A DNA stretch of 64,000 nucleotides from Anthoceros angustus (GCA_010909165.1 MU008162.1:682001-746000), one strand, 5' to 3'; shown: positions 13,900 through 27,444, counted from the first letter of the stretch. Notes: generated by a model not told the origin, from the letters alone. A program made the numbers and translations.

Positions 13900-15587
13900 C
13901 GCCTCCCCTGTGCAAATCGATTCCGATTGCCCCTCAGCTACATGTCAGGGCGCTGGCCCTGGCCCTGGCCCTGGCCCTTGCACCATCGCCATCCACTCTT
14001 GCGTTCGTTCGGCTCCTCGCTGGCCCGCTCCTCCGCACTCCTGCGAAGACGCCCCTGCACAGTCACCTGCACAATACGTAGACATGATGTAATAATGCCC
14101 ACAAAGACGAAGCACAATACGGAATCTCTGTCCTACAGTCTAAGATTCACGATCCAATCCAAATTCAAAAAGCCACCACACTTCGTTTGGACAAAGCTGC
14201 ACTTCGTTATTACAGGACGGGCCGGCTGGGCCCACGCTATCTACCCAGACAAGTCTGGAATGTAAGCAAGTCTTCCTCTCATCAGGTTAATTCCGAGAGA
14301 ACCGCAGACGATGTCAGTTGGCGTGAAGACCGAGGGGGAGAAGTGGAAACCTGAGCCAAGACCTACATACAGTCTGTGCAATCTGTCTCAAGATGTGAGT
14401 ACCTGGGTTGGGGGTACTGAAACATGTACAAGGAAACAGAAAACATGGGAAGGCATGCCAAGGGACAGTTTCAGAGAGCCAGAGAGAAGCAAACAGCACT
14501 TCAGGTCACAATACGGGGAGACAGCAGTTGCACGCACGGTACTCAAGATTATGGCATTCGATGCTTGCATAGCATCCAGGATGCTTTACAGTGCAGAGAA
14601 CTGGGGGCCGTTTTGTCCACCAACAGGCTGCTGCTGCAGATTTCAGGAGCACCTGGCGTCAAGAAGTTAGAGATGCTAGGCAGCAGAGCGCAATGCGGAG
14701 GACGCGAATTCGTCGCAACCAAACACAGCACTGGCTGAAGCGCACCCATAGGCAAAGAGGCTAGTAGCTACACGACGAGAAGCAGAGAGGGCCGGTGACT
14801 AACCTCATTGCGTGGCGCGTGCGGTGGGGAATCCTTCCTCTCCCCAAGCAAATCTGAACAAGTCAGGTATGAAGGCAGAGATGCTACACTGCAGGCAATG
14901 CAGCATAAGGAAGTGCCCAACGAATGCAGCGTGGTAGCGCATTGGGACTCACCAAATAGCTAGCTAGCTCTTCACGCGACAGTCAGTAATTGAAGGCCAC
15001 AACATTTCCCCAACTCCGACACCCATCTGCCATCGCACCCTACTGCCCATCGCTGCCCTCGCCACGCTCATGTTCCGGTGTCCTCCCTCCCTCCTGTCTC
15101 CACCTCGTCAGGCTTCCACAACACCACGCTTTTCGGAACACATTGAGCTCGAAACGCTACGGTCAAAGCACTTGACCTGTTATTCCTCCGCAACTAATAT
15201 GTATCATCTTCTGCCTGTCTCGGGCAGGCAGTACCTTTGGCATTCCCTCAGATTCGAAACACGACACTACAGGCTTCCTCTCCACGGCAAACAAAACTGC
15301 CCCCAAGCACAAGGGACCTAGGTTCGGCAACCTTGCATATACATAGATATACATACAGTGTTGTTTTCAGTCAGCTTAATTCCTGTTGGGCACGCCCGTT
15401 TCCTTGTGCGAGACCAGAGCCAAGGTGTAAAATCCACTTTATCTATCGACATGGTTGTGAAGTGTCAAGAAAAAGGCTGTACGCTGCACAGCAACCGCGT
15501 TAAATTAATGTACAATAATGGGCAAATGCAGATTAATGCAGAGCCCATATCTACTCCTCAATGACCAACCTACAGTACATAGGTACT

Positions 15588-17664
15588 CTAGCCCTGTAGA
15601 AGGTACTTGGAGAAAGGAAAGTTGATGCTCCGAGCAACCTGTGGATAACCCAGATGCCAAGTGTGAGTGGACGCAGTTCCTAGCTAGTTGTTCCTGGCTG
15701 AAGATGAAGAGGCGGGGGGAAGCCTGAGTCACTCACCTCTTGGATGAAGTCCTCATCCACGTTGCAGCAATATCTCGAAGAGCCTTCCAGTGGGTTGCTG
15801 CATCCTTTGATGAGCAAGTTCACGCTGACGAGAGAGGAAAGCTGCATCAACACGTCTGCAGTTATGGAGACAGATACCACATTCTCTGAATCCAGGGAGG
15901 CAAATCCACTTCCAGCAGCATCTGCTGCGTGGTGGTCCACTACGCACTTGAAGATAGCCAGGAGTCTTTCCAGAGGGAAACTGCCGGGGCCTTTTAGATG
16001 CTTCTCACGTATCTGGAGATCTTTCTTCTCCAGTGACATCACAGAGCATCTGAAACGGAAAGCGCCACGAGGTTGGTTAAGAACGACACCATGGAAACAA
16101 GGACCCCAAAAGTTTGATGCTACAGGCTCGGAAAATCGTGTCACCTTCTCTTCTTCGGGCCTCTAGGTGCATCGGTAGAGTCAAACAGGGCGCCATCCAG
16201 TGTTGCGGCATTTCTGGACGCAATGTAAGCAGCCAGCAGTAGATATTTGCTGCATGCCGAGAGGTGGAAGTCCAACTGTACTGTTTTCCTCTTGGTCGAA
16301 GTCCTCCATCCTGACGTTTCTGGGCCCTCGTCGCTTGCATGATGGGAGGCATACTCTTCGATGGGGAAGGTTTGACCAAGCGCTGAACGCACATGCTCCT
16401 GGACCAAAGTGCACAGCTTTCTCTTCCCAGCATTGGTGTTAGGATTGACCAATCCTTTGACCACCGGCTCGCAATATTTCTTGAACAGAGGCTCCAGACT
16501 TTGGGCGAGGTCAGTAAGCCTGCCAGTCGCCCTACTGAACGGCTTCAAGACAGCTCTGTAACCCAAGGAGCAAAAGAAACATCAGTTGAGAACCAAGTTC
16601 GTCCAACATGCTTCCAGTTCCGGAGCCCAGGGTACTGAGAGATAACTCACCTTAAAAATGCACTGTACAGATCAGAGTGATGCGGGGATTGCTTTTGCAG
16701 GACCTTGGATAGCTGATCCTCGGTGTAGTCGGGAAAGAACATAGGGCTGAGCTCCCGGAAACCAGTGCTAGAGTAAAAAGAGTCCGGTCCGAGATTGCTG
16801 ATGAAGATGAGACCTAGGTTCGGCAACCTTGCAAGCTCAGGCATTCTCACAAGTGCGGACAGTAAGCAGCTTCCTCCAGCCCACTGCCGTATCAACTCCA
16901 AGTTGTCAATAATTATGTATACAACCTCACGTCCTGCCCTCCGGAAATCACAGTCCTGGTGACCCTGAGCAATGACACTGCAACGAGCATTAGAACAGGA
17001 GAACAAGAGCACCTTCATCAAACACACCAAAGCACAGGTAGGCTCACCTAGTATCCTCCTGGACAGGCGACCGAGATATGGCCTTAGAACAAGCTTCAGC
17101 AAGATAATCAATGAAATCCGTAATCCTATCACATCGTTTTGCACTGCTGTAATTGTTGCTGGCTGACCGCACATGGCCTTCAAGCTGGCTGAGAATACTT
17201 TCAAACAACAGCCTGGGACTGTGGCAGGACCTTATGCTCAAGTAAGCATGAGGCCTTCCAAGCAGCTTGAACATGTGTCGGACAATCCTCGTCTTGCCCG
17301 TGGCAGACGAGCCATACACGAGCAAAGGAGGAAGATAATCAAACGGATCTCCAACCAGCCCCAGAAGCTGGTTGATCTCTGTCTCTCTCCCGGGGAACTG
17401 CTCGCAAAGGTGCCTGTTGAGATCGTGGCGTGACAGCGGGCTGCATTCCCCCTCATATCCCCCCCGACAAGAATGCGAAGTGCTAGGGATGTCCGCAGCG
17501 GCTGCTCCTGCTTCGGAATCCAGCGACTCTCTCCGCGCACACTGAAGAACCGACGTCGGGCTACAAACAACCGCAAGCTCCCCGATCTTGTCAGAAACAT
17601 GATCCTGAGACTGAGCCGCATCCTCCATCGGGAGCTGAACGTAAATGGGACTACTTTCCGCCAT
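15588..17664 (-). CDS. ORC5: Origin recognition complex subunit 5, multi-exon
   Basis: FPGRETEINQL, Walker A VYGSSATGKT, IIIDNLELIR, FFPDYTEDQL, KYLLLAAYIASRN, GPGSFPLERLLAIF, and last exon VARSINFPFSKYLLQG*. Confidence 0.93.
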
Positions 17665-18378
17665 CTTCAGCGATCCCGTCCTCCCCTTCCCCACTCCTCT
17701 GCTAACCAGATTGCTCCAACATTTCACCCTCGGAGAAACCTCACCAGCAGGATGGATCTTTACCACCACGATGCTGCCTCCTCAAAGTCCTATCAAACAT
17801 TCCAATGCCGCCGAGACACTCCTGCCTTCCACACTCTGATGTAAATCGAGCACCGAGCAGATTCAGCTCCTCCAATCCGCAACAGGAGCTCCCCGCGCAG
17901 CACAGAGCAGCAAGCGCTTGGCGCGCTTGGCGGGAAAATGCGCGCACTGTCTCGGCAGGGCAGGCCAGGGCAGAGCGGAGCGGAGCTCAACGTTCTCGAA
18001 TTCGCTCCAGAATTCGCTCCAAGCGAATTCGACCCCGTGGTGGGTGGGAAGAAGTGTTTCCCGCCTTGTCTCGGCTTTCCCGCTCTGTCCTGGTATCCGA
18101 TGGCAACGATCCCGCAAGGCAAAAAACCGGGCCGGCGAAACTGAAGCCGGACCGGCGTCCCGCGTGATTGGCCGAGGCGCACGGCCCCCGTCGTTGGCGA
18201 TAACGGGGGCGAAATTAGCGGCGAAACAGGCCGGCGAAATGCCGGATACAGCAAGTGACGACGGGAAGGAAGCCTATTCACGGCCCAGGCTCCCAGCCAG
18301 ACGGCCGGGGACTTCGAAATTTTGCTGGGCTCGAGTTTTAGCAATGGTCATTCAGGCACCCCATCCGAGCATGATGTG

Positions 18379-18603
18379 GAAGAAGAAGAAGAAGAAAAAT
18401 TTTATTGAAGTCCGCTAAGGACGGATTTCCGTCATGGGACTTGGTACTTAACAACTTATACCATGGTGTGCCTAAGCTACTTGCACCAAGGGCATCCACT
18501 CCCTTCAGGCACCCCATCTAAGTACCGATCCAAGCTCAGGATGCTTAATCACGGCGTTGTTATAAATGTGTGTCCATTTGGCCTAGGCGATGTGGACACA
18601 CAT
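18379..18603 (-). mobile_element. About 225-bp SINE-like non-autonomous retroelement, copy 1
   Basis: Reverse-complement near-copy of 46812-47029. Ends in AATAAA followed by a (TTC)n tail. Possible TCCACAT target duplication. Confidence 0.75.
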
Positions 18604-18838
18604 ATGTGGAGATAGAGCTGTTTCTTCTTCTGGGCTTATGCGAAAGGAGGGACGAAGACGAATTTAAAGACGACTCGATTCACGGTAATGGACTGAAAAT
18701 TCTCACATGCAAATCTGTGTCGTGATCCGCAGCTCTGAGGATAAAGTGAGCCACTGTGGGATGAATTCTGCAACACCTCTACATTCTCAGATGGCATGGT
18801 GGGACTGATTTTCCGAAAAGTTCAGGTCGCAGCAGGCA

Positions 18839-21168
18839 ATGGCGGAGATTGAGGTTGCAAAGCTCCTTGGGGAGAATGCACGCCTGCAGAAAGAGGTCGC
18901 AGAGCTGCAGCGGAAACTGGGTCAGCTCTCTAAGGACGGAGATGGTGCCTCAGAGGTGGCCAAGGTGGCCAAGGTGGTGAATAATGTGGGAGGGGGGGAT
19001 GTGTGCGAAGGAGCGCAGATAGGGCACGGGCTGTCCGCTGACATGATCCGAAGGTACAGCCGGCAGGTTTTGCTTCCATCCTTCGGGGTGCAAGGTGGGT
19101 GTCATGGTCTGGGGAAGTAGGGAGGTGATGCTGCCGGTCCAGTCAATTGTGTGTATTGATGTCCTGTGGCTGGGCCGGAAATCAGGTCAGGAAAGGTTGT
19201 TGAATTCGTCAGTGCTGGTGGTTGGAGCTGGAGGGCTGGGCTCTCCTGCGGCTTTGTATCTCGCTGCAGCTGGATTTGGTGAGCTACTTTGGGCCAGCAT
19301 ATTGTTTAAGGCTGGAAACGTTTTGTCTAGCTTCTAGAAGTCTCACTGGATTTCGTTTTCGTTTTACTTTCAGGACGTCTAGGAATTGTTGACAGGGACA
19401 CTGTGGAGCTGAACAATTTGCACCGCCAGGTTAGTGGAGGCACAGATGGGGCTTTGATTTCATGGTTATGAGATTGTGATTCCTTCCGCGCTTAAGTTTT
19501 TCTATTGTGTCTCCTGGAATAGGTTATTCACACCGAAGCATTTATTGGTTTCCCAAAGGTCACATCTGCAGCTACAGCGTGTCGGGAGTAAGCGGCTTCT
19601 GACACTTGATGTGTGCCACTTCCTTGGTCTGATGTCATCGTTCTCAGAATGATGGCTTCTGTGAGTGCAGTATCAATTCTTCCCTTGATGTGACGGAGTA
19701 TCATGATGGGCTGGATGCGGGTAACGCTGTGGGCATCATCAGCCAGTATCCTGCAGATGTTGTACTCCTCCGTTGATTGCTTAGCCCGCAGAATATTTGC
19801 CGTTCGACTGTGTGGGTGTCTGTGTTGGATGCATGGTGCACTTTGACGTCCCAGCAGATATGATGTTATAGTGGATGCAACAGACAATCTACCTTCAAGA
19901 TACATTATCAACGATGCCTGTGTCATTGCTGGGAAGGTACTAGTGGACACTCGCCATTGACCCCCTTCCTCTCCCCCCTGTTGGTCATTGAGAAACCAAT
20001 TACAACGTGACCTTATGCAAGTCTGATGTCCTTATCCAGCCTTTGGTTTCAGGAGCAGCTCTTGGTCTGGATGGTCAGGTATGCCTAGTGTGTTCATAGT
20101 TCTTCTCTTCCGATTTTCATGTGGACACGGTTATTGCTTTTCAATGACCCCTTCCCTATGCTGCAGTTGAGTGTGTACAACTACAAAAATGGACCGTGCT
20201 ATAGATGCTTGTTCCCTGCACCCCCTCCGCGAGCAGCATGTCAGAGGTGCTCTGACAGTGGAGTGCTTGGCATAGGTGAGCATGGTCTCTGAATGGCCAT
20301 ATAACTTATGCAATGCCTGCTATGACCAGCCATGTGTAATGTATTCTTCTTTCTCCATGCAGTTCCAGGTGTTATTGGTTGCCTTCAAGCCCTTGAGGCA
20401 ATCAAGGTTGCCAGCGGGTTGGGGAAACCTCTCAGTGGTGCATTGCTCATATTTGATGCTGAGCTTTCACGAATACAGACGGTAAGTTATCAAGCTCATG
20501 TTCTGATAACAAAACATGTGCAGTTGCAACACTGATCTAGTGCCTTGTTCAGGTGAGGCTGAGGGGAAGAAATCCAAAGTGTGTAGCGTGTGGAGACACC
20601 CCAGAAATATCTCATGGCAACATGCAATCCTTTGACTACGAACTATTCACACAATCAACCTCATCTGACGAGGTATTTGTGTTCTCAATTTATGTGGCAA
20701 GGTTTCACTGCAGAATGCCACCTTCTAAGCAGATACGTGTTGCGTGTACTTGTACCACAGGCCCCAGGTCGGATCCAAAGGCTGCCACCATCACTTGGTG
20801 TGTCCTGCACAGAATACAAACGTCGCCGTGATCAAGGTGAAGCTCACTTGCTGCTTGATGTTCGAAGTAGGAATGAGTTCTCCATTGTCTCTCTCCCGGA
20901 TGCGGTGAACGTCCCCTTCTCAGATTTAGGCAACCAACTAGAGGTTGTAAGATCGGCCCTGGCCACGGTCCGCAAGAAACTGTGTAGCACCCATTTAGAG
21001 GTTGAGCCTCGGGATGAAGTCCCTATTTTCGTGATTTGCCGGCGAGGAAACGACTCTCAATCAGCTGTTCAACTACTGAGAGACGTGGGCTTGACTTCTG
21101 CTTTGGACATTACCGGTGGCTTAGTATCTTGGGCCAAAGAAGTGTACCCAGAATTCCCTGTATACTAG
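18839..21168 (+). CDS. CNX5: Adenylyltransferase/sulfurtransferase MOCS3/UBA4 (CNX5): ThiF plus rhodanese domains, multi-exon
   Basis: [65 protein letters not shown], and rhodanese loop ICRRGNDSQ. Confidence 0.95.
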
Positions 21169-21539
21169 AACAAGTTGGTCCAAAGAAGGTGGGAAACTTC
21201 CGGCGTCTTTTATAAGACTAGAAGTGCACTAAGTTGTGATCCTGGAAGTTTGCGCAAGGATACTTGGGCAAAAGAATATATATGTGAATTAGCAGTTTAT
21301 ACAAGACACATTCGGACAACTTTGGCTCACAGGCTCTGTGTCTAGGTAATGAGAGAGCCCAGATGAAGTCTAATATGGGGACCACTGCTGGATAACATAC
21401 AATGGGACTGTGGGATTTAAGCACTCCACAGAAAATATTGAATAAGAATACACTTGTGAAACTACAGGCAGTACTGGTACTTGTCCTTCAACATGGTCGG
21501 TCAACCAGAACTGAAGGAGATGTCGACGAATTGCCAGGA

Positions 21540-24500
21540 CTACACGAGAATAGCCGAAAACATGTGCCTAGCCACTCGCCAAACTACTCTCAGCATCAGA
21601 AACCACAGGAAGGCAGATAACGCACCCAGAAGAAATACAAAAACGAACCCGCTGTTTGATCCCTTGACAACTTTCCTGGGCTCTCCAGCAAATTGCATGT
21701 CCATCTGGGCTTGCCGTAGACCACATTTGCACGCTCCCACCTGGAGATCTGATTCAGAGGCTCGCTTCGCGTCATCCAAGCGGTGTGGTGGGAAAAGGAC
21801 AGTATTCCAGGACCCCGACATCGGGCTGTATGCGGGCCGCTCATCTCCCTTCTCCGCGCTGAAACAATTTTTCACGGCCACCTGCAGATGTTCTGCTGCA
21901 CCTGGGCATGAACATGAGAAAGTAACAGCAGTAACCCTTGCATTCGTGGCTGTGACATGGATTGCACTGAAGCCCACTGCTGGTTCCCCACCTTTCCAAG
22001 TTTGCTGTTCCCAAGGCCGCAACTGACCACTACCGGGATACTCAGCAGCTGATGCTGGCAATGCTGGCACAGATCCCAAGATCTTCAGCAATCCAGCAAG
22101 AGGGGTCTTCAACTTACCACCCTGCTCCTCTTTCAGCAAGACACTCAGCGCTTGCTGTTCTGATTTTTCACATTCCGATTTTTCACATTCCGGGAAGGAC
22201 TCCAGAGTGGAAGGTACCTTCAGGTTCATGGCCGCAGATCCTTCCCCTTCCTCACTCCGGTGTGACTCCTCTCCCCTGTCTGACTCCCCCTCTCCGCTGT
22301 CTGGCTGCTCTAACCCACGTATATCATCTACCTGTAGGCCTTGGGAGAGCTGGAAGGGGCCTTCGGTAGCACTTTCTAACTCACCAGGAATAACCATTTC
22401 AAATTCTTCACTATCCTCTTGACTCAGAGATGTCCAAGAAGATGTGATTGTAGACTGCAATCTACAGTTGTCGGCATCATCATGTGAGAAGGTCAGAGCT
22501 GGAGATGCGGGTGGTGGCTGCACAATAACCCCCAGATCCATGGGCTCCTCTAAAGGATGACCTGTCTCTACTAACCCAGAAGAGGGTTCTGCCTGTTCAT
22601 CAGTTCGTCTGGAGACTTGGCTACCTCCAGATTCTCGACTCAAAGTGGCCAGAGTCTCAATTTCTCTGGCACTGCCCCGAGGCTCACTACTGGCCACCCC
22701 AGACACTTCTACATCCGGATTTGTATCTGGAGGCCAACCACCAGTCTCTGAACTGCTCAACAAGATGGTTCCCAAATACATTGGACTTCCACCACCTCCC
22801 AAATTGCTAGTCGTAGACGTGACAGCACCTTCAATCTCCTCCTCCAATCCTCGGTCAAACAGTCTTGCACAATCCCTACCAGGATCCATGCCTGGGTATG
22901 GGCCCCTTAATTGCAACCGCAATCGATGTGTTGCATCTGCTGGAGGGATATACTGGAGATGGTGATGCCCATCAGGCCCAACTTCACTGCCAGCGCCATC
23001 AAACATTTGCTCCATCTCCCCAGCCTGGACTGCTATACGAGCAGGTTGCACCTCACTGCTCTCCAGCGCTTGTCCATAATTTTCGTTTTCTGACAAAATT
23101 CCCTGACCGGGTTCATGATATTCCATATATATATTATCAGGACTAGGAGACAAATCTAATAAATCCGCAAACATCATTTCTTCGCTATACATAGGGTAGC
23201 TTGAGGAAGAGGGGACAGATCCTGCACAAACAGCCAGAAAAACATCGTCAACCCAGATTGGCTAACGAGAACACCTAAATCGCCCACACTCGCGTACCGT
23301 TGGAATGCTACACACACTCAACAGAGCACAGGGCACATCACTAACCCCTTCAAAAGCAGCAGTACCACACCTCTCTCAGAGCGAGCTTTTCCATTATTAC
23401 ACCTTCATGCGGGTAAGTTATAGAGGGGCAAGGGAGCGTTAGCCTCTCGAGGTGAGAACATTTACTCCGCTGATCAGAAGTAAATATTCTCACCAGTAGA
23501 TAACTTGGCGCCAGCCTTACACTGAGACCGTACCTGGAATGGACATCATGGGTCTGTTCTCCATCACTTCCGCATCTCCTACTGAACCAAAATTTGTGCT
23601 TGCATGAGCACCAACTACTCCGAGTGGATATCCTGACTGCATAGGGCCCCCAGAACCCTGAAAGAGATCCTGAGAACGGAAAAATTGTCACGGTTAAACA
23701 TCTGACCAGACAGACCAATAATACGTAGAACAAGTCGAACACCTCAAAGTCCAGGGACATCTTGAGCCACCAAGAGATGCTCTCAACCCCCTCAAAGGAC
23801 AGACTGTCTCGAAACCCCCCAGTTCTCCCCCCACTCAACTGGAGAACGACAGCCACTTCCTTAAAGGCAGGAGATCGATAGCATCCCCTGCTGAAACGAG
23901 CCACCCCCTTCCCCGTGGCTCTAACCATCATATCATGTAAGTGTACCCACATCTTCTTGTTAAGCTGATCAAGAGACGCCTTACACCCTCAAAGACCACT
24001 GTCCCCCGCAAGGAGAACCATGGCCACACAAGATAGTCATCGAACATTTACAGAAGGGTAAACATTCTCACCTCAGTGTTCCTCAGCAGCCCACCAGACG
24101 GTTCTGCAGCCTGACGGTCTGGCTGCTGAGATGATACACGGGCCATGGTCGCATCCTGGGCGAGCAAGGAAGAAGAAGGATCTTCAGGCCACGAGAGCAC
24201 GTTCTCATGGAAGGCATAGTTGCCATTCAAAGGCCTTTGCATGCGCATCGCCCTTCCGCGGCCTCCATCTCCAAACCAGGGGTCACGGAAACCAGATGCA
24301 TCAAACCCCCACTGGCTCATCTCAGGTATGTCGTCCCAAATCTGATCCAACTCGGCGAGCAGCCCGCTAGTAGTCACAGGTATCTCCTCGCCCAGACCAG
24401 TGAAGTTCGCATCGAAGTCCCCTACGATAGGCACATCACCCAAGTTGTCCAAATTTAACGGACCCGCCTCGGTCTGCTGGAGAATGTCCACCATATCATC

Positions 24501-25583
24501 CGCCTCATCAGCGGTAGCAAGCTTGTGAAGATCTGGCATGTCACTTATATCCAGCAGCCACATATCAGGTAGCTCCCCAAAATCCTCAGGCACGTTGAAG
24601 GGATCCATCGCAACATCTGCAAGAGGCACGTCATTCTGGCCCGAGGTCCAGAACTCCTGGTCAGACACACAATCAGCCCATCCCACACGAGAACATCCAC
24701 TACACAAAGTCTCCTCCTCACTCACATCAACAGTGGAAGTGGATGTGGTCGCCGGTTCCGCTCCAATGGACGGAAAGTTGCTCTCCACTTTGAGGGATGG
24801 ATCCTCCGTCTTCGACGTCGTTGTCAGAATAGGCCCCTGGAACTCGTCCACCGTCTCCGGCGGATCCTCCACCTCCTGGAACGCGGCCCCACGCTCCTCC
24901 CCGTTCTTCGGTCCAGGCCCGCTCTTCTTGAAAACCCGACACAGCACATACGCATCCTGGCCGGACGAGCTGCCCTTATCACCACTCTCCTCCTCCAGCC
25001 TGTACTCGTGCATCACCCAGTCGGTACGCTCCCCATGGGGGGCGCGACCCCTGTAAAACACCAGCGTCTTCTTCATCCCGATGTTACGAGACCGGCTCTT
25101 CACAGCCCGATCCTTCCCCGTAGCCTTCCAGTAGCCCGCCACAGTCGCCCGGTTGGTCCGCGAGCCATTGGGGTACTTCTTGTCCCGAGGGCTGAAGAAG
25201 TACCACTCCTGATCCCTACTCCCCAACCCAGACTTATCTGCACACAAAACACACTTCCCGTCAACCCCGATGCACCTCCCTACCGCATCGTGCACCCCTA
25301 CCCACCTACTGCCAACCCACCGTGCACACTTCTCAAACATCCATGCACCAGCTCCTACCCCCCACCCCGGCGTGCCTACTTCACTCAAAACACCCCCAGA
25401 CAAGCCTACCGCAAGGCAACACCAACCTGGAAGGTCCCACGGCTCGCATTTGTAAAGATCCACTTCGGCGATAATGTTGAACTCGATGTTCCTCCCGCTC
25501 ACCTTCCGCTTCAGATAGTAGGCAACCAGCTCCTCATCAGTCGGATGAAACCTGAAGCCCGGAGGCAGCTGAGCCCGCGCCAT
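21540..25583 (-). CDS. Membrane-tethered NAC transcription factor (NTL; ANAC053/078/017-like)
   Basis: NAC domain [15 protein letters not shown]...[22 protein letters not shown]...WVMHEYRL...[18 protein letters not shown] phase-consistent internal exon lies at 23534-23669. The last exon 21540-23155 has HRLRLQ and a C-terminal hydrophobic helix [19 protein letters not shown]. Confidence 0.88.
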
Positions 25584-27025
25584 CAACAACACCGCCACCA
25601 AGATACCCCAAACCCGTCCCTAACACAGCCCGGCAAATCTCCTTCAGCAACACCACCGGCTCCACAGCCCTCGTTTACAAACTCCCCCTTCGACCAGCTT
25701 CCTACCCCAACACCTCGCCAGCTGCTCCCGGCAAGTCACACTTCCGCCATACCTAGATCCGAAGTCTAATTGCACTCTTTTTTTGACGTTTTTCTGCTAC
25801 GCCTATCCCTACTCCCCCTCCTCCGCCGTTTCCTCACGCTTTTCCTTCGATCCCGCCTCCCACCCCCGCTACAGCGATCAACAGAGCTCCCCGTCCCCGC
25901 CAAGGCCCCGCCACCCGCGAGCACCAGAATGCGCCCGCCGGGCCGTCAGCCTCCCATGAGAGGCCGCAAGCGCAGCCGTCAGGGCAACATCCGACTGAGA
26001 TCGCCAGGCGCCAAGACGACACGCATCGAGCGAGAAAAAGACCACAGAGAGGCGGCTGGGCGAGAAGGCTGCCGCATATAACCCCTCCGGGGAAGAGAGA
26101 GACAGCGCGATCCGGGCAGGCAAGAGACTGCCCCCCTGCCCTGCCCGGCCCGGCCCGGTCGCTGCCTCCCAAAGCTTCGTCGCCCATGTCGTTAGCGCGG
26201 AGCTTGCCGCGTCCCCGCCTCCAGGAAGAAACGTTTCTTATCCAGCGCCCAGTCCGGCGCGCAGGACCCAATCGTGGCAGAATCACGGCGCTCACATCGA
26301 GCTGGCTCCCGCACGGAAGCAGCCCGCATGCAAAGCCCAACGGAACGGGGAGAGGGAAACGGAACGTGAACCCTAAAACCCCGGTCAAGCCTGGTCAATC
26401 GGTCACCTACCCCTCGCCGCGAAGCCACCGACTGGCACAGTCCTCTGCGGGGACTGTTCCCGGTCAGGCCGGAGCCGCGGGGCCTTCCAAGGCGGAGGAG
26501 GCTGCCTTGCGCGGCAAGTCTTGCGGTCCCCGCAGAGGACGCCCAGCTTTCAATTACCTGCAGCATCCTGGGTTTTTGTCATATTCGGACCGGGTACCGG
26601 CTGCCCGTAACGGGGTGGCAGGAAGCACGTCAGGAAGGTCCGTCCGCCTGCCTTTCGCTCGCTCGTCACTGTGCATTTCAACTCGCGGTAAAGACTGGAC
26701 TTGATAGCCGCAGCACGTGCAGGTTAAGCGTAAGTCATCCCTAACTTACTGCTAATGTTCATGTTGTACCCTACTGGATATTAAAATGCTAAAATTAACT
26801 CCCCGACACATGTTCCTTACGTAAGCTAGCCAATGAGACGAGTTGTATGTGGACGAGCATCTTATAACGCGGCTTCCCTTTACTGTGGTTGTTAGGTCCA
26901 CACTATCGCAACGACAAGGGTGCGAGACTTCTTCCGGTATGCAGTATCCCAACGATAACTTCGAGGAACCACACGTGAAGTACGTGAGCTCTCTTTTTTA
27001 GGCGTGATGAAGTACACCCACCACG

Positions 27026-27352
27026 AATTGCTATGAAATATGCAGCCAGTAGGCGCGGCGGACTCCCTCTAGTGAGTTCTTGAGCCAGACATTTTTTAAT
27101 TTGGTATTTTTAAAATAAATCAAAACAGACTGGGGGAAAAATCTTCAGCAAGGGTTGAAGGTGACCAGCTTTGTGCTCGATATGTCCAAAAATTTAAAAT
27201 TTTGTTAGGTTTTTTATTTAGTATTTTTAAAATAAATTAAAAACCAGGGAAAAAATCTTCAGCAAGAATTGAAGGTGACTATGGAAGGGAGATGACTATA
27301 GGTCACTAGAGGGAGTCCACCGCGCCTACTGGCTGCACATTTCATAGCAATT
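27026..27352. mobile_element. Foldback/MITE-like element with 50-bp inverted repeats
   Basis: 27026-27075 and 27303-27352 are reverse complements at 48 of 50 positions. The interior holds copies of a unit of about 75 bp that recurs at 28150-28345. Confidence 0.7.
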
Positions 27353-27386
27353 ACCAAATACAATAGTCACCGTCAATATTCACACG

Positions 27387-27444
27387 ACGGTATTCCATAG
27401 TCACCTTCAATGACCAAGAATTGAAGGTGACTATGGAATACCGT
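27387..27444. repeat. Perfect 25-bp inverted repeat with an 8-nt loop
   Basis: ACGGTATTCCATAGTCACCTTCAAT (27387-27411) pairs with ATTGAAGGTGACTATGGAATACCGT (27420-27444). Confidence 0.9.

Noticed and set aside
13550-13980. GGGAAG, CCCTG and GGCCCT microrepeats
   Set aside because: They are low-complexity coding sequence (Pro/Ser and Gly-Ala tracts) and 5' sequence of RDR, not a separate element or telomeric array.
17918-18418. 166-aa ORF ending in poly-Lys
   Set aside because: It is GC-rich ORC5 promoter sequence running into the (GAA)n tail of the SINE-like element.
23350-23952. 200-aa ORF inside the NAC locus
   Set aside because: It is mostly intron. The real internal exon (23534-23669) uses another frame that is phase-consistent with its neighbours.
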